From NCBI GenBank assembly GCA_041697335.1, contig JBGUGD010000031.1:40566-104565 (forward strand): DNA of 64,000 nucleotides. Reading direction: 5' to 3'. Of the stretch, positions 29,292 to 39,349 are shown in pieces (the first letter of the stretch is position 1; every line of letters starts with the position of its first letter). The DNA comes from Vampirovibrionaceae bacterium NZW_1234. Lineage in GTDB: Bacteria; Cyanobacteriota; Vampirovibrionia; Vampirovibrionales; JAGQHJ01. The notes beneath the pieces were generated by a model that saw nothing but the letters and a program-made list of their open reading frames with translations, searched no databases and had not been told where the DNA came from. Made by a program: the position numbers and the translations under genes.

Positions 29292-30725
29292 ATGCGCGGC
29301 ATGAATCCCAACATAGGCTTTGGTACATCGGCCCCAAACCCTTATACCCGATTTTATAGCACGTCCAGCCCATCCGGAAGCAGCACGTTTCGGGCCAGCG
29401 GATCAGGTGATTTTTATATCAGCACCGTCTCTGACGTCATGGGAACACGGCGCATAGCTGCAACCTCCGATCCCAATGCCGTGTTTCAGAACATGGATCC
29501 GATGTCCTATGGGATGCCCGACACAGGGGCAATGAACGTTTATGGCTATGACCTTGGGTATCCGGGATTTACCCCGGAGCCGACCAGCTTCTACCCACCC
29601 CCCAAGCAATGGCTGAGCCCCAATGCCATGGTTCCCGGCGTCAACCCCTTTAGCCAAGTACGGCCCAACAATCCGGGACCGTCCTCCCCCTTCAGCGCAA
29701 GATTCCCAAGCATCGTACAGGACACCCCGACAAGCTCCTCCCGTATTTCACTCTGGGGAATCGACATTGATTTAAAAGAATTCCTTAATACAGCTGTTGT
29801 CCTTGCCACAGCCCGAGCTTTGACCAAGTCCACCAAGCCCAATGGCGACACAACCACCGGCGGTGATACGACCACGGGTGGCGATACCACCACAGGCGGT
29901 GATACGACCACAGGCGGCGATACGACCACAGGCGGCGACACCACTACCGGCGGCGATACGACCACAGGCGGCGACACCACTACCGGCGGCGACACGACCA
30001 CGGGTGGCGATACCACCACCGGAGGCGACACCACTACCGGTGGCGATACAACCACAGGTGGCGATACAACCACAGGTGGTGATACAACCACAGGTGGCGA
30101 TACGACCACTGACGGTGACACGACCACAGGCGGTGACACGACCACTGACGGCGATACGACCACAGGCGATGATACAACCACAGGTGGCGATACGACCACT
30201 GACGGCGATACGACCACAGGCGATGATACAACCACAGGTGGCGATACGACCACAGGCGATGATACAACCACAGGCGGTGACACGACCACTGACGGTGACA
30301 CGACCACAGGTGGTGACACGACCACTGACGGTGACACGACCACAGACGGTGACACAACTACCGGCGGCGACACCACCACAGGCGGTGACACGACCACAGG
30401 TGGTGACACGACCACTGACGGTGACACAACCACTGACGGTGATACGACCACAGGCGGTGACACGACCACAGACGGTGACACCACCACAGGCGGGGATACG
30501 ACCACTGACGGCGATACGACCACAGGCGGGGATACGACCACGGGTGGTGACACAACCACCGGCGATGGCGACGATACCATCAATGGCGACAACTCCGCCG
30601 GTGATGGCGACGATACCGTCAATGGCGACAACTCTGCCGGTGGTGGAGACGATACCGTCAATGGCGATGACACTTCCGGTGGCGAAGGTGATCCCGGTGA
30701 TGATGACAGTGACCCGGATCAATAA
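29292..30725 (+). CDS. Low-complexity GGDTTT-repeat protein with RTX-like tail
   Basis: SD AGGAGAG; 40 hexapeptide repeats with synonymous codon variation in this frame, then three GDGDDT(I/V)NGD-type repeats. Confidence 0.8.
   Translation: MRGMNPNIGFGTSAPNPYTRFYSTSSPSGSSTFRASGSGDFYISTVSDVMGTRRIAATSDPNAVFQNMDPMSYGMPDTGAMNVYGYDLGYPGFTPEPTSFYPPPKQWLSPNAMVPGVNPFSQVRPNNPGPSSPFSARFPSIVQDTPTSSSRISLWGIDIDLKEFLNTAVVLATARALTKSTKPNGDTTTGGDTTTGGDTTTGGDTTTGGDTTTGGDTTTGGDTTTGGDTTTGGDTTTGGDTTTGGDTTTGGDTTTGGDTTTGGDTTTGGDTTTDGDTTTGGDTTTDGDTTTGDDTTTGGDTTTDGDTTTGDDTTTGGDTTTGDDTTTGGDTTTDGDTTTGGDTTTDGDTTTDGDTTTGGDTTTGGDTTTGGDTTTDGDTTTDGDTTTGGDTTTDGDTTTGGDTTTDGDTTTGGDTTTGGDTTTGDGDDTINGDNSAGDGDDTVNGDNSAGGGDDTVNGDDTSGGEGDPGDDDSDPDQ
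29841..30560 (+). repeat. Coding tandem repeat, 40 x 18 bp
   Basis: 720 bp of (G/D)(G/D)DTTT units, followed by three 39-bp units to about 30677. Confidence 0.95.
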
Positions 30726-30954
30726 GCCACGCTTTGGCTCGTCATAGAATCATTGCGGACTCTGACCAGGTGTTTTGAAAAATCTAAAACTGGGTATAGG
30801 GCTGTCTTCCCAAACGATGAATTTGGTTTACACCAGCGTCAATAATCCTCTACAAAGCTGTAAACCTGTGGCCAGAAGCCGTCCTTGATATTGGTGCCGG
30901 CCTTTCCCAAGTACGCGGCCAAACCCACGTTTGCCAACAGGACGTGTTACAGTA

Positions 30955-32484
30955 TTATACGCGAGGCGTCGGTTCAGGCACCGGTAATACGGGATTGGAC
31001 ACTTGAAAATCCGGCTCTTGCGGTGCCCTCTCTTCCGGCATCGTCGAGCGACCGACCGTGCCCGAAGCCAGGTTACCCGCCGGTGGCGGAGCATCGGGCT
31101 TTTTCATGGCTTTGTCCGCCTTTTTGCGGACCTCACGTAGAAACTCATCGAGCTCTTTAAACTTCACGTCCAGTTTATCGAAATTATCAAGGCGAGCCTC
31201 CAGTAAGGCTTCCGCGCCCTTGGGTCCAGCCTTTGCCGAGTCTCCCTGGGACACAGAGCTATTCTCGGTGCGCTCGCCCGAGAACGAATCCGATGTGGTT
31301 AATTCTGCCGGCCGAGCCGATTCGCTCGTCCCTTCAGACTCGACATTGGAAGGTCCCTCGGTATTGCCCTCACTCTGAGGATTCGCATCCTGCTCAGCCT
31401 TGATCAAGGCATCGGCGGTGGGAAGGTTTCCGGCCATTTCCCCCAACAGGGCCTCAGAAATATCCAAGCCTTTTTCGATACGCTCTAACAGTCGCTCCAG
31501 AGCCACCACCGCATTTTTTGCATCCGGATTGGTGCCGGCACTGCTGCGCATTTTTTCAAGCTTCTTAATCAGGCCTTCCTTCACCATCATCAGGTTCAGG
31601 TCACCCTTCATCTGCTTCATCAGACGATCCGAGGTCAGATTGATGAGGCGCATGTCTTTTTCACCGGCAATTTGATCAATATACTCGGCCTCGGATGAAT
31701 ACTTGTTCTCCCCCGGCAGATCCCCTGGCTTGTTGGCATCGGGCATTTCCCCGGGCGGACCCATTCGAGACGCTTCCGCCTGAGACGCGTCCGCAGGCAT
31801 TCCCCCGGGTATTGGAGACGGATTAGGCATGGCCCCGGCATCTGCTCCGGGTAAGGGAACTCCGCCAACATTCGGATTGGCTCCCGGATCGCCCAAAAGC
31901 CCGCCCATGGCGGTCATGGACTGGAGCATACTGGCATTTTCCAGGTCTTCCAGACGGGTTTTCAACACCCGAAAGCGCCCTTCAATATTTTTGAGAATGT
32001 CCATGGCAATCTTCATCCGGGAGAACAGTCGGCCAATGGAATTCGAACAAATCCGACGCTTGAACACTTCCCAGTATTCCCCGACCATCCCGGCGATGCG
32101 GGTCATATGAAATTCCAATGCCGAGGTACGCTCGCGCAGTATCTTAATCTGTTCGGAAATCGGCTTATTGCTCAACTTGGACTGATCGGCCTGGGCTTTT
32201 TTCTCGTTTTCGGCTTTCTCTTTTTTAGCCTTCTCGGCTTTTTCCAACTCCGCCAGGCGCGCCTGATCCCGCTTCCATCGGGCCAACACAGATGCCATGG
32301 CCGCCATATCATCGGGAGACATCCCGAATCCGGGGAAGGCATCGCGACTGTCGGTGCTTTGCTGCACCTGCCGACGTAAGGATGTAAAAAGCGTGCTTGC
32401 CGCCTCTGTGCCGGAAATACCCAAGCGCGTCATACGATTGCCCAAATAACCTGTCCTATGTGTATAAAACCAAATTTCATCCAA
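30955..32484 (-). CDS. Hypothetical coiled-coil protein
   Basis: 509-aa ORF (start possibly ATG 32433) with heptad-like helices separated by P/G/M- and S/E-rich linkers. Confidence 0.7.
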   Translation of the reverse strand: MDEIWFYTHRTGYLGNRMTRLGISGTEAASTLFTSLRRQVQQSTDSRDAFPGFGMSPDDMAAMASVLARWKRDQARLAELEKAEKAKKEKAENEKKAQADQSKLSNKPISEQIKILRERTSALEFHMTRIAGMVGEYWEVFKRRICSNSIGRLFSRMKIAMDILKNIEGRFRVLKTRLEDLENASMLQSMTAMGGLLGDPGANPNVGGVPLPGADAGAMPNPSPIPGGMPADASQAEASRMGPPGEMPDANKPGDLPGENKYSSEAEYIDQIAGEKDMRLINLTSDRLMKQMKGDLNLMMVKEGLIKKLEKMRSSAGTNPDAKNAVVALERLLERIEKGLDISEALLGEMAGNLPTADALIKAEQDANPQSEGNTEGPSNVESEGTSESARPAELTTSDSFSGERTENSSVSQGDSAKAGPKGAEALLEARLDNFDKLDVKFKELDEFLREVRKKADKAMKKPDAPPPAGNLASGTVGRSTMPEERAPQEPDFQVSNPVLPVPEPTPRV

Positions 32485-32531
32485 TTTGTGATACTGGACT
32501 GAAAATAAGCGTCAACACAGAGGATACAGGT

Positions 32532-33344
32532 TTAAGTCGGCCCGATGGCTTCTTGCAACGAGGCCAAAATCGGAGCAATGCCCTCGGGATTCCAGGAGTG
32601 ATCATCCACCCGAGCCACCGGCACCAGGCCTCGAACGGCATTGGTTATAAACAGGCCCTTGGCCGTCTTCAGGTGGTCTGGGCCATAGCACCCAGCCTCG
32701 GTGGCAAGGCCCAACTCCAGGGCGGCATCCAAAACGGCCTGCCGCATCAACCCCGGTAAACAGCCCACCGGGTCGGGATCCGGGGTAAAGAGCGTGTCAT
32801 CGTGACCAATCCAAAACACATTGGCGTAGGCGGATTCCGCAATTTCACCCCGGGCATTGCATCGAAGAATATCGTTAAACCCGGCCTGGCGGGCTTGTTG
32901 CCAGAAATAGCCTTCCTGCAGATAACTCATGTGCTTGTGGGTGGCAAAAGGCCGATCGTAGCCGACCGTTCGCAAGGCCACCGGCTTAGTGGCCCCCGAA
33001 GGCAGGGGGCGCAGGGACAGAAACGGGGTGGTCGGCACCCGGCCGGGCTCGGCAGCCCCAAGAAACGGATTGCCCACCAACGAAATACGCAGCACCTGAG
33101 ACGCCTGGATGTGCCGCCCTCGGAAGGCCTCCAGCATGGCAACAAACGCCGCCTCGCTTTGCCATGGGCACCGTAGTTGAAAAAAAGCACTATCGCGCAT
33201 CAGCCGGGCCCAATGCCTTTCGGGCCAGCGTAGGGGGGTATCCGGGGCAATGGCCATGGTGGTAAAAATGCCGTAGCCGTTGAGAAGCCCATCCGGCAGT
33301 TGTGTCGGCTCAATTTCCCCGGCCTCGGTCCAGGTGAAATACAT
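32532..33344 (-). CDS. Aminotransferase class IV (4-amino-4-deoxychorismate lyase-like)
   Basis: GYGIFTTM, RHWARL, HKHMSYL (PLP Lys), ESAYANVF, CLPGLMR, TNAVRG. Confidence 0.88.
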   Translation of the reverse strand: MYFTWTEAGEIEPTQLPDGLLNGYGIFTTMAIAPDTPLRWPERHWARLMRDSAFFQLRCPWQSEAAFVAMLEAFRGRHIQASQVLRISLVGNPFLGAAEPGRVPTTPFLSLRPLPSGATKPVALRTVGYDRPFATHKHMSYLQEGYFWQQARQAGFNDILRCNARGEIAESAYANVFWIGHDDTLFTPDPDPVGCLPGLMRQAVLDAALELGLATEAGCYGPDHLKTAKGLFITNAVRGLVPVARVDDHSWNPEGIAPILASLQEAIGPT

Positions 33345-33345
33345 C

Positions 33346-34698
33346 TTAACGGGCCTTGGCCTGGATAATGCGCTCTACCAGCTTGCGCATCGAGGGCGAC
33401 ACATTGGCCTGCGTCACGGTTTGGGTCAGACGCTGGGCAAATTCGACCTTGTCGAACAATCCAAGCCCCAATTCCGGCCACAGGCGCTGAAGCACCTTGA
33501 CCCGGCTTTCGCCATCGCGTTGCTTCAGCTCGGACACCGTCAGGGTTCGGGTGGTGTGGTAGCACTGGTTCACGGTCTTCACCACCAGGTCCCAGCTGTA
33601 AATGTCTTCGAACTCCCCCTCTTCGAGAATAAAAATCTCATCACCCGGGCGCTGGTAGAAGGCCAGATCCGGCAGCATGTTCTGGGCATCTTTATCGAGA
33701 ACAATGCTGATGGGCACCGCCAGCTGCTCGGCATAGGCCACGTATTGTTGCAACATCTGGTTCTTCCCCCCCACGGACAAAACCAGGATGCCTTCGCGGT
33801 TGAGGTCATACTTCAAGGCCCGGGCCACTGCGGGAATGAGAAGCTCCTCGGTGCTTCCCTCGGCAAGTACCAGCTCCTGAATGGGTTTTGGAAAATTCGC
33901 CGCCTCGGAAAAATCCGGAAACACTTCAGCCGACCAGGTGCGAAGGAGCGGAAGCATTTTCGTCAGCCAACGCTCGGCATCATCGTCAATGGTCCAGCCT
34001 TCGCCCAATTTCTCTCGCATGAAGGCCTCGATTTTCGCCAGGCGGTTGAGGGGCGGAAAAACATCGGCCTGGGTGTCGTCCCGGAATCGGGCCAACAGGG
34101 TCGACCAGGGAAAAACCACCGTTAAGCGACGGCAGAACCAATACGCCTGAAAGGGCGAAATGGACTCGGGGGCATTGGTCACCTGCATCATGAAATCCGA
34201 ACGATACCCCTGGGACTCCAGAAGCTGCGCCAACAAGGCCGGGTCCTGATTGGGCTTGAAATAATGGCTGTGGACGCCGCCTTCATGATGGGCTTCGAGC
34301 AGGGCCATGTCCTCGGAGACCAGGGCCACCAGATCGTACTCCAGCATTTCTTCATGAGCGATTAGCAGGGCAATCAGCCGGTCCATCGGGCTGGGTTCCA
34401 GGGCCTGGCGCCCTACGGAGGCCGACAAAATCAGCTGGGCCATTTGTTCCAACGTAATCAAGGGCAGGCCTTCCAGCTGGTTTCGAGCAAACTGGGGAGA
34501 TAACAGGCCTTTGTGAATCAGCTTCAAATATTGGTCGTAATCGCGTTGGGGCGGAAACTCCAGGCGCAGAAACCGGTTCGTGCTGGAATACAGGGTTGCC
34601 GGCGGCAAGGGGCGGAGCTGGTAGGACTGGATCGTCTCCAATCCGGCCAAAACGGCCTCAAGTGTCAGGGGATGAAATTGTGCTGAAGCGTCCGTCAA
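33346..34698 (-). CDS. OLD-family TOPRIM domain protein lacking an ATPase domain
   Basis: C-terminal LVLAEGSTEE, SVGGK, LDKD, GEFED, KVEFA; no Walker A in the N-terminal 270 aa. Confidence 0.7.
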   Translation of the reverse strand: MTDASAQFHPLTLEAVLAGLETIQSYQLRPLPPATLYSSTNRFLRLEFPPQRDYDQYLKLIHKGLLSPQFARNQLEGLPLITLEQMAQLILSASVGRQALEPSPMDRLIALLIAHEEMLEYDLVALVSEDMALLEAHHEGGVHSHYFKPNQDPALLAQLLESQGYRSDFMMQVTNAPESISPFQAYWFCRRLTVVFPWSTLLARFRDDTQADVFPPLNRLAKIEAFMREKLGEGWTIDDDAERWLTKMLPLLRTWSAEVFPDFSEAANFPKPIQELVLAEGSTEELLIPAVARALKYDLNREGILVLSVGGKNQMLQQYVAYAEQLAVPISIVLDKDAQNMLPDLAFYQRPGDEIFILEEGEFEDIYSWDLVVKTVNQCYHTTRTLTVSELKQRDGESRVKVLQRLWPELGLGLFDKVEFAQRLTQTVTQANVSPSMRKLVERIIQAKAR

Positions 34699-34807
34699 GT
34701 GATTTGCCTATGCCCTTTATGAACAGATACCGACGTTTGGGCTGGTGCCCGTTGCAATTTACGGATACAATTATAACGAAAATGCGTTCGTAACTTTGGG
34801 GTATTTT

Positions 34808-35389
34808 GTGGCTGAAACGTCAAACCCGACCCGGCAGACCGTCACCCATTCGGATCTCTTGATTCGCCGGATGGCCTTTGCCGATATTCCCAAGCTGATG
34901 CCCATTGAATCTGTCTCTTTCGGGCGGCATCACTGGTCGGAAGACTCCTTTCGCTATGAAATCAAGAACCAGATCGGGCGCTACTATTCGCTCATCGACA
35001 AACGCTATGATCGCTTGATAGGTTACTGCGGCTATTGGATTATCGTGGACGAAGCCCATATCACGACCATTGCCGTTGACCACGAGTACCGGGGCAATGG
35101 GCTGGGCGAGTTGATGCTCGTCAAAATGCTGGACCGGATGATGGGTCAAAGTATTCATTGGGCGACACTGGAAGTGCGGGTCAGCAACTTCTCGGCCCAG
35201 CAGCTCTACTATAAATACCGGTTCCGCAGCATGGGCACCCGGCCTCACTACTATCAGGACACCGACGAGGATGCTCTGATTATGACCACCGACAACATTC
35301 TGACCCAGGAATTCCGGGACCACTTCCGGCCGCTGAAGACGGCCTTGAAAGAGCGCCTCGGCGGGGCCTTGCCCGAAGGAGCCGATTAG
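34808..35389 (+). CDS. rimI: Ribosomal-protein-alanine N-acetyltransferase
   Basis: DEAHITTIAV, YRGNGLG, TLEVRVSN..AQQLY, RPHYYQD..EDALIM. GTG 34808 chosen as start (the track starts at 34745). Confidence 0.92.
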   Translation: MAETSNPTRQTVTHSDLLIRRMAFADIPKLMPIESVSFGRHHWSEDSFRYEIKNQIGRYYSLIDKRYDRLIGYCGYWIIVDEAHITTIAVDHEYRGNGLGELMLVKMLDRMMGQSIHWATLEVRVSNFSAQQLYYKYRFRSMGTRPHYYQDTDEDALIMTTDNILTQEFRDHFRPLKTALKERLGGALPEGAD

Positions 35390-35391
35390 CA

Positions 35392-36102
35392 ATGGCCGAC
35401 ACCCTCACCCCTTCGGCAGACGTCATCGATATTCTGGAACGGGTCGGCGACCTGGAGCAACCCAACAAGACGCTCTTGCGCAAAGTTTCTCAGCCTCCCA
35501 AGCGGCTCCACATGCCTTTGTTCCTGTCCATGGTTTGGGGCGTGGTGCTCCTGGGCTTTTCGGCCATGGTGGTGGTGACCTTGCCGGACCCCATTGCGGC
35601 CTACCACCATCAGACCGAGTGGCTGCGGTATTCCTTTCAGGTCCCTGCCCTGATTCTGGTGTCAGGTCTTCTGGGTCGGCGCTATGGTACGGCAACGGTT
35701 CTGGGTTATTTGATTGCCGGGTTTCTGGGTCTGCCCCTCTTCGCCAACGGCGGGGGTGTTTCCTATCTGCAATCCATTACGGTTGGCTACCTGGCCGCTT
35801 TTGCCCTGGTTCCCATGACCCTGCACCGGGTTCTCTACTATGTTTACCGGGATGCAGGCTGGTTTAAGGGGCGTTCCCTGTGGCTGGCCCTGTGTGCCGT
35901 TATGGGCGTGGGATTGATTCACGGCTTTGGGGCGGTGGGCCTTGGTGTTCATGCCCTTGTGGGCTCCTTGACCTGGGGTGAAGCGGCCCTATGGATTCAG
36001 CAATTCAGCTGGCCGGTGATTCTGTACGACCTGGCCTTTGGCATTGCCGCCCTGGGCCTGGTGCGGATGCTTCGCATCGTTTTCTGGTTCTGTCTGTACT
36101 AG
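35392..36102 (+). CDS. bioY: Biotin transporter BioY
   Basis: SFQVP, GLLG, YLIAGFLGLPLFANGGG, TVGYL; multiple TM helices. Confidence 0.88.
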   Translation: MADTLTPSADVIDILERVGDLEQPNKTLLRKVSQPPKRLHMPLFLSMVWGVVLLGFSAMVVVTLPDPIAAYHHQTEWLRYSFQVPALILVSGLLGRRYGTATVLGYLIAGFLGLPLFANGGGVSYLQSITVGYLAAFALVPMTLHRVLYYVYRDAGWFKGRSLWLALCAVMGVGLIHGFGAVGLGVHALVGSLTWGEAALWIQQFSWPVILYDLAFGIAALGLVRMLRIVFWFCLY

Positions 36103-36202
36103 GGATTCATCACCTCGTCTCTCTTTCTAACTTCTAACTTCTGACTTCCGGCTTATTTCCAGCGGTCATGGCCTCTGCTCGGTCCATAAAGATGTGGTTT
36201 TG

Positions 36203-36229
36203 ACCGTGTGGCCAATTTGGCCACACGGT
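36203..36229. repeat. 13-bp perfect inverted repeat between convergent genes
   Basis: ACCGTGTGGCCAA-T-TTGGCCACACGGT. Confidence 0.75.
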
Positions 36230-36496
36230 GATGCAGCCCTATGGGGAATGGGGTTTTCGTTTTGATTCTGTTTTTCGTTGAAAGCGTCATCTGTTCGATA
36301 CACCGTCTTTTTTTATTGGTATTGTTCCCATATTGAGAGGCTTTTAAACGTTCTTAATTCCAAAAATGCAACAAATAATAGATTCTTAATATTTCAACGC
36401 CCAATTTCAGCCCAAATAAAGGGTTTACAACAAAAATTACCCTGTTATCATCTTCCAAAAAGGGTTTTTAGCCAGTTTTCAGGAAAAACGCATCAT

Positions 36497-39349
36497 TTAG
36501 GTGTGATGCAGGGGTGCGGGGTCGGTGCCCATTTTCTTGGAGGCTGCGACCAGACCGGGGTGTTCGTTCGAGCCGGTCACCAAGCGGGTGACCCAGAACT
36601 GGAGCTGGGGAATCAAAATCCCCACTCCCACCATGGAAGCGGTAATGGCAGCACCCCAAACGCCATAGCGCCACATGGCGTTGCGCCGCCCCAGGGGTTG
36701 AAGGACCTTCGTGGCGAATTCGGACGCGGCGATGGACGTCCGCTTGGTCTTCTTCAGGTGCGCGCCCAGTTCGTTTTGAACCATACGTAGGTAGGGGTTT
36801 ACCGTGCCTTTCATTTCCTTCATGGCCGTTTCTTCAAAGAAATGCTCGGCTTCCGTGGGCATCCGGTTTAAAATGCCCAGCCCCATGCGATAGAGCGTCT
36901 CACTGTTCTGGATGCCGCCTTTCAGGATCCGGGCAATCTGCTGATCCAATTGCTGAACATAGGCTTTGGGCGAGCCTGCCATGGAGCGGGTCAACATGAC
37001 CGCAAAGCGGCCTTCCTGTTCCAGGGCCTTGCCCGTCAACAGACGCTGGATCTGGGTGCCGTAGGTCTGAATCAATCGCTGCTGATGGGGGTGTTTTGCG
37101 GTGAGTTTGGCCAGGGATTCGGTGACGCCCAGAATCCGCTGGGACATGACCTGATCAATGGGTGTTTTGCCATCTAAAAGAGGCGCAACCAGGCGCAGAT
37201 CCTCGGCTAAATGGCCGAGCCCCTGTCCCTGGAGCCAACGCAGCATGCGAGGATATGTCCGGCCATTGGTTTCCAGGAGCTGGGCCAGGGTTTCCATGGA
37301 TTTGGGACTAATCGCGTTCCCCTCTTTCAGGGCCGTGCGCAGGGCCGCTATGCCCTTGGCCAGTCGTTGTGCCGAAGCATTCTTGGCCACTTTCCCGCCT
37401 TGGCCTTTAATGGCTTCGGCGTACCCGGCTAAGACACCGTCCAATTTAGACCGTACAAAGGTCTCCAGGGGAACATTTTCCAGTGTCGCCCGCTCCACAC
37501 AGCGCACCACGGTTTCCAGATTGGCGGCCGTCGCATGGCTCATGGCCTGGGTGAGGTGGGCGGCATTCAAGCTGCTGCGCAGGGCGGTGGCAATGGACTG
37601 GCCGCCCCCCAGCTTTGCCGCCAGCCGCAAGCGGCCCACCAGGGCTTCTTGCTGCTGAGATGTCAGCTTACCCGCCAGATGGCTCAAAACCTGTTTTTCC
37701 AACTCCAGACCGCTGAGACCGGCATGTTGGTGAAAAGCCAGCTTCACTGCGGTCTGCACATTAAATAGCGCGGCATCGGATACGCCCTTGACGGATTTAT
37801 AAAGTCCCTGGCGATTGGCCAGACGCCTCAGAAGACTTTCCAACTGTTCTGCCGTCAGGCTCTCGCCTGGCTTGACTATGGCCGTCAAGTCTTTTTGAAG
37901 CAGCTTCAGAAGCGATTGGGTCTGTTTCAGCTCCTGGGGTGAGCGAGTCATCCCCAAGGCCTGGTTTTCAGCAAGGGTCTTAAAGGCCTCCACAGGCGCC
38001 TGCAAGACGCCTTTTCTCAGTTGCTTGGCCACATTGCCAAACTCCGGGTGGACCTGGCCGTTCAGCAGTTCGTTCAGGCGGGCGGCCGTCACCGGTTGGT
38101 TGCCCAATTGCTTGACAAGCGCCTGGTTGACGCGGTGCCCCACTTGTTCATCAAGGTTGATGACCGCACTGGTGTCCCGCTTGAAGACGGATTGGGTCAG
38201 TTTCTTGAACCAGCCGGTGTTCATGGCCTTGCTGGACAGATCCATGATGAGGGGCACGGACATGAGATAGAAGAAGAGGTTTCCGATTTCTTTCAAGACA
38301 ATTTCCAGGGATTCAAAGGGGCTTCTGGGCCAGGCGGTTGCCACACGCCCGCCACTGATAGCGGCATCCACCACCAGGACTTCGCCATAGGCGGTGTTGT
38401 TGACCCAGTGACCAACCTGGCTGAGCTTGGAGAGACCCGTAAGCAACGCCGAGCCGAACCGGGGTCGCTGTCCCGGGGAAGCGCTATGCTCCTGGCCATA
38501 GAATCGAGGATAGGTTCCGTAGGCCGGGTATTGGCCATAGCCAGCATTGTAGGGGTAGCTGTAAGGTGCTGCCGGGTAAGAAGAAGGCCCCATGCCTGTT
38601 CCATAAGGCTGAACAGGCATGGTGGTGGCCGTATAATCGGATGGATTTAAATCGCTGGCAACGGTGTTGTTGATACGCCGCCGAGCTGAAGTCATCAGTT
38701 CGGCAAGGTCCTCGACCGGCGTTGCCGGGACCGTCGAGTTGGATACAGACTTAAGACGCTTTTCAGGGGCTGGTGACGAGGAGGATGTCTCCGGTTTGGC
38801 CTTCTCTCCCGCAGGATGGCCGCCATAATATTTCTTCAGAAGCCAATCGGTTTTCAGCTGGTTCACTTTGGGAATAACGTAGCCGCACACCACCATGGGG
38901 ACGGTCACGGCAATGATCCACTTTAGCCCTTTCAGGAGCATGGTGTTCTTCAGGCCGCCAAAGCTGTGGCTAAAGCGCTCCAGGGGGGACAATAGAATGG
39001 AGGGTTTCTTCTGGCGGGCCGTGAGCTGTTGCATAAAATCCTTAGACCAATCGGCCTGGGAATAAATGCCGCGCAGGTTCCCTTTCTTCTGAAAGTGCTC
39101 TACCAGCCAGTCCATGCCCTTAGACATGGCCCGAACCCCGAAGAGCCAGACCACGGCCGTAACCACTTCTTCAAAAATGCGTTCCTGGAACTCGAGAAAC
39201 CCGCCGCGCTTGTTGCCCCAATAAGAACGCCCTACGGTTACGGCGCCTTCGATGGGCAAAATCGGAGCCGAATTACCCGGCGCCTTATTGCTTAAGCGCG
39301 TCATAACCTGCTGGCGCAGGTAGGCATTGTTCAGGATGCCTGACAACAT
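36497..39349 (-). CDS. Large hypothetical membrane protein built from two homologous modules
   Basis: 950 aa. The motifs (E/D)x5GRx6R..ExxEx3-4E followed by a TM, and a closing TM-GxxIP, each occur twice. Confidence 0.75.
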   Translation of the reverse strand: MLSGILNNAYLRQQVMTRLSNKAPGNSAPILPIEGAVTVGRSYWGNKRGGFLEFQERIFEEVVTAVVWLFGVRAMSKGMDWLVEHFQKKGNLRGIYSQADWSKDFMQQLTARQKKPSILLSPLERFSHSFGGLKNTMLLKGLKWIIAVTVPMVVCGYVIPKVNQLKTDWLLKKYYGGHPAGEKAKPETSSSSPAPEKRLKSVSNSTVPATPVEDLAELMTSARRRINNTVASDLNPSDYTATTMPVQPYGTGMGPSSYPAAPYSYPYNAGYGQYPAYGTYPRFYGQEHSASPGQRPRFGSALLTGLSKLSQVGHWVNNTAYGEVLVVDAAISGGRVATAWPRSPFESLEIVLKEIGNLFFYLMSVPLIMDLSSKAMNTGWFKKLTQSVFKRDTSAVINLDEQVGHRVNQALVKQLGNQPVTAARLNELLNGQVHPEFGNVAKQLRKGVLQAPVEAFKTLAENQALGMTRSPQELKQTQSLLKLLQKDLTAIVKPGESLTAEQLESLLRRLANRQGLYKSVKGVSDAALFNVQTAVKLAFHQHAGLSGLELEKQVLSHLAGKLTSQQQEALVGRLRLAAKLGGGQSIATALRSSLNAAHLTQAMSHATAANLETVVRCVERATLENVPLETFVRSKLDGVLAGYAEAIKGQGGKVAKNASAQRLAKGIAALRTALKEGNAISPKSMETLAQLLETNGRTYPRMLRWLQGQGLGHLAEDLRLVAPLLDGKTPIDQVMSQRILGVTESLAKLTAKHPHQQRLIQTYGTQIQRLLTGKALEQEGRFAVMLTRSMAGSPKAYVQQLDQQIARILKGGIQNSETLYRMGLGILNRMPTEAEHFFEETAMKEMKGTVNPYLRMVQNELGAHLKKTKRTSIAASEFATKVLQPLGRRNAMWRYGVWGAAITASMVGVGILIPQLQFWVTRLVTGSNEHPGLVAASKKMGTDPAPLHHT

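Noticed and set aside
29841..30677. Possible CRISPR array or non-coding satellite
   Set aside because: The units are contiguous 18-bp repeats with no unique spacers and no cas genes, and variation is mostly synonymous in the 29292 frame.
29591..30747. Alternative-frame and antisense ORFs over the repeat (PPVVVS, CGRV, AVTRP, WSCHR repeats)
   Set aside because: These are by-products of a stop-free repeat; only the GGDTTT frame has an SD and synonymous-type variation.
33346..34698. Gabija/OLD anti-phage system
   Set aside because: No ATPase domain, no UvrD/GajB or retron partner, and a housekeeping neighbourhood.
36125..36148. Heptamer tandem TTCTAAC x3 (STRR-like)
   Set aside because: Only three imperfect copies; could be chance.
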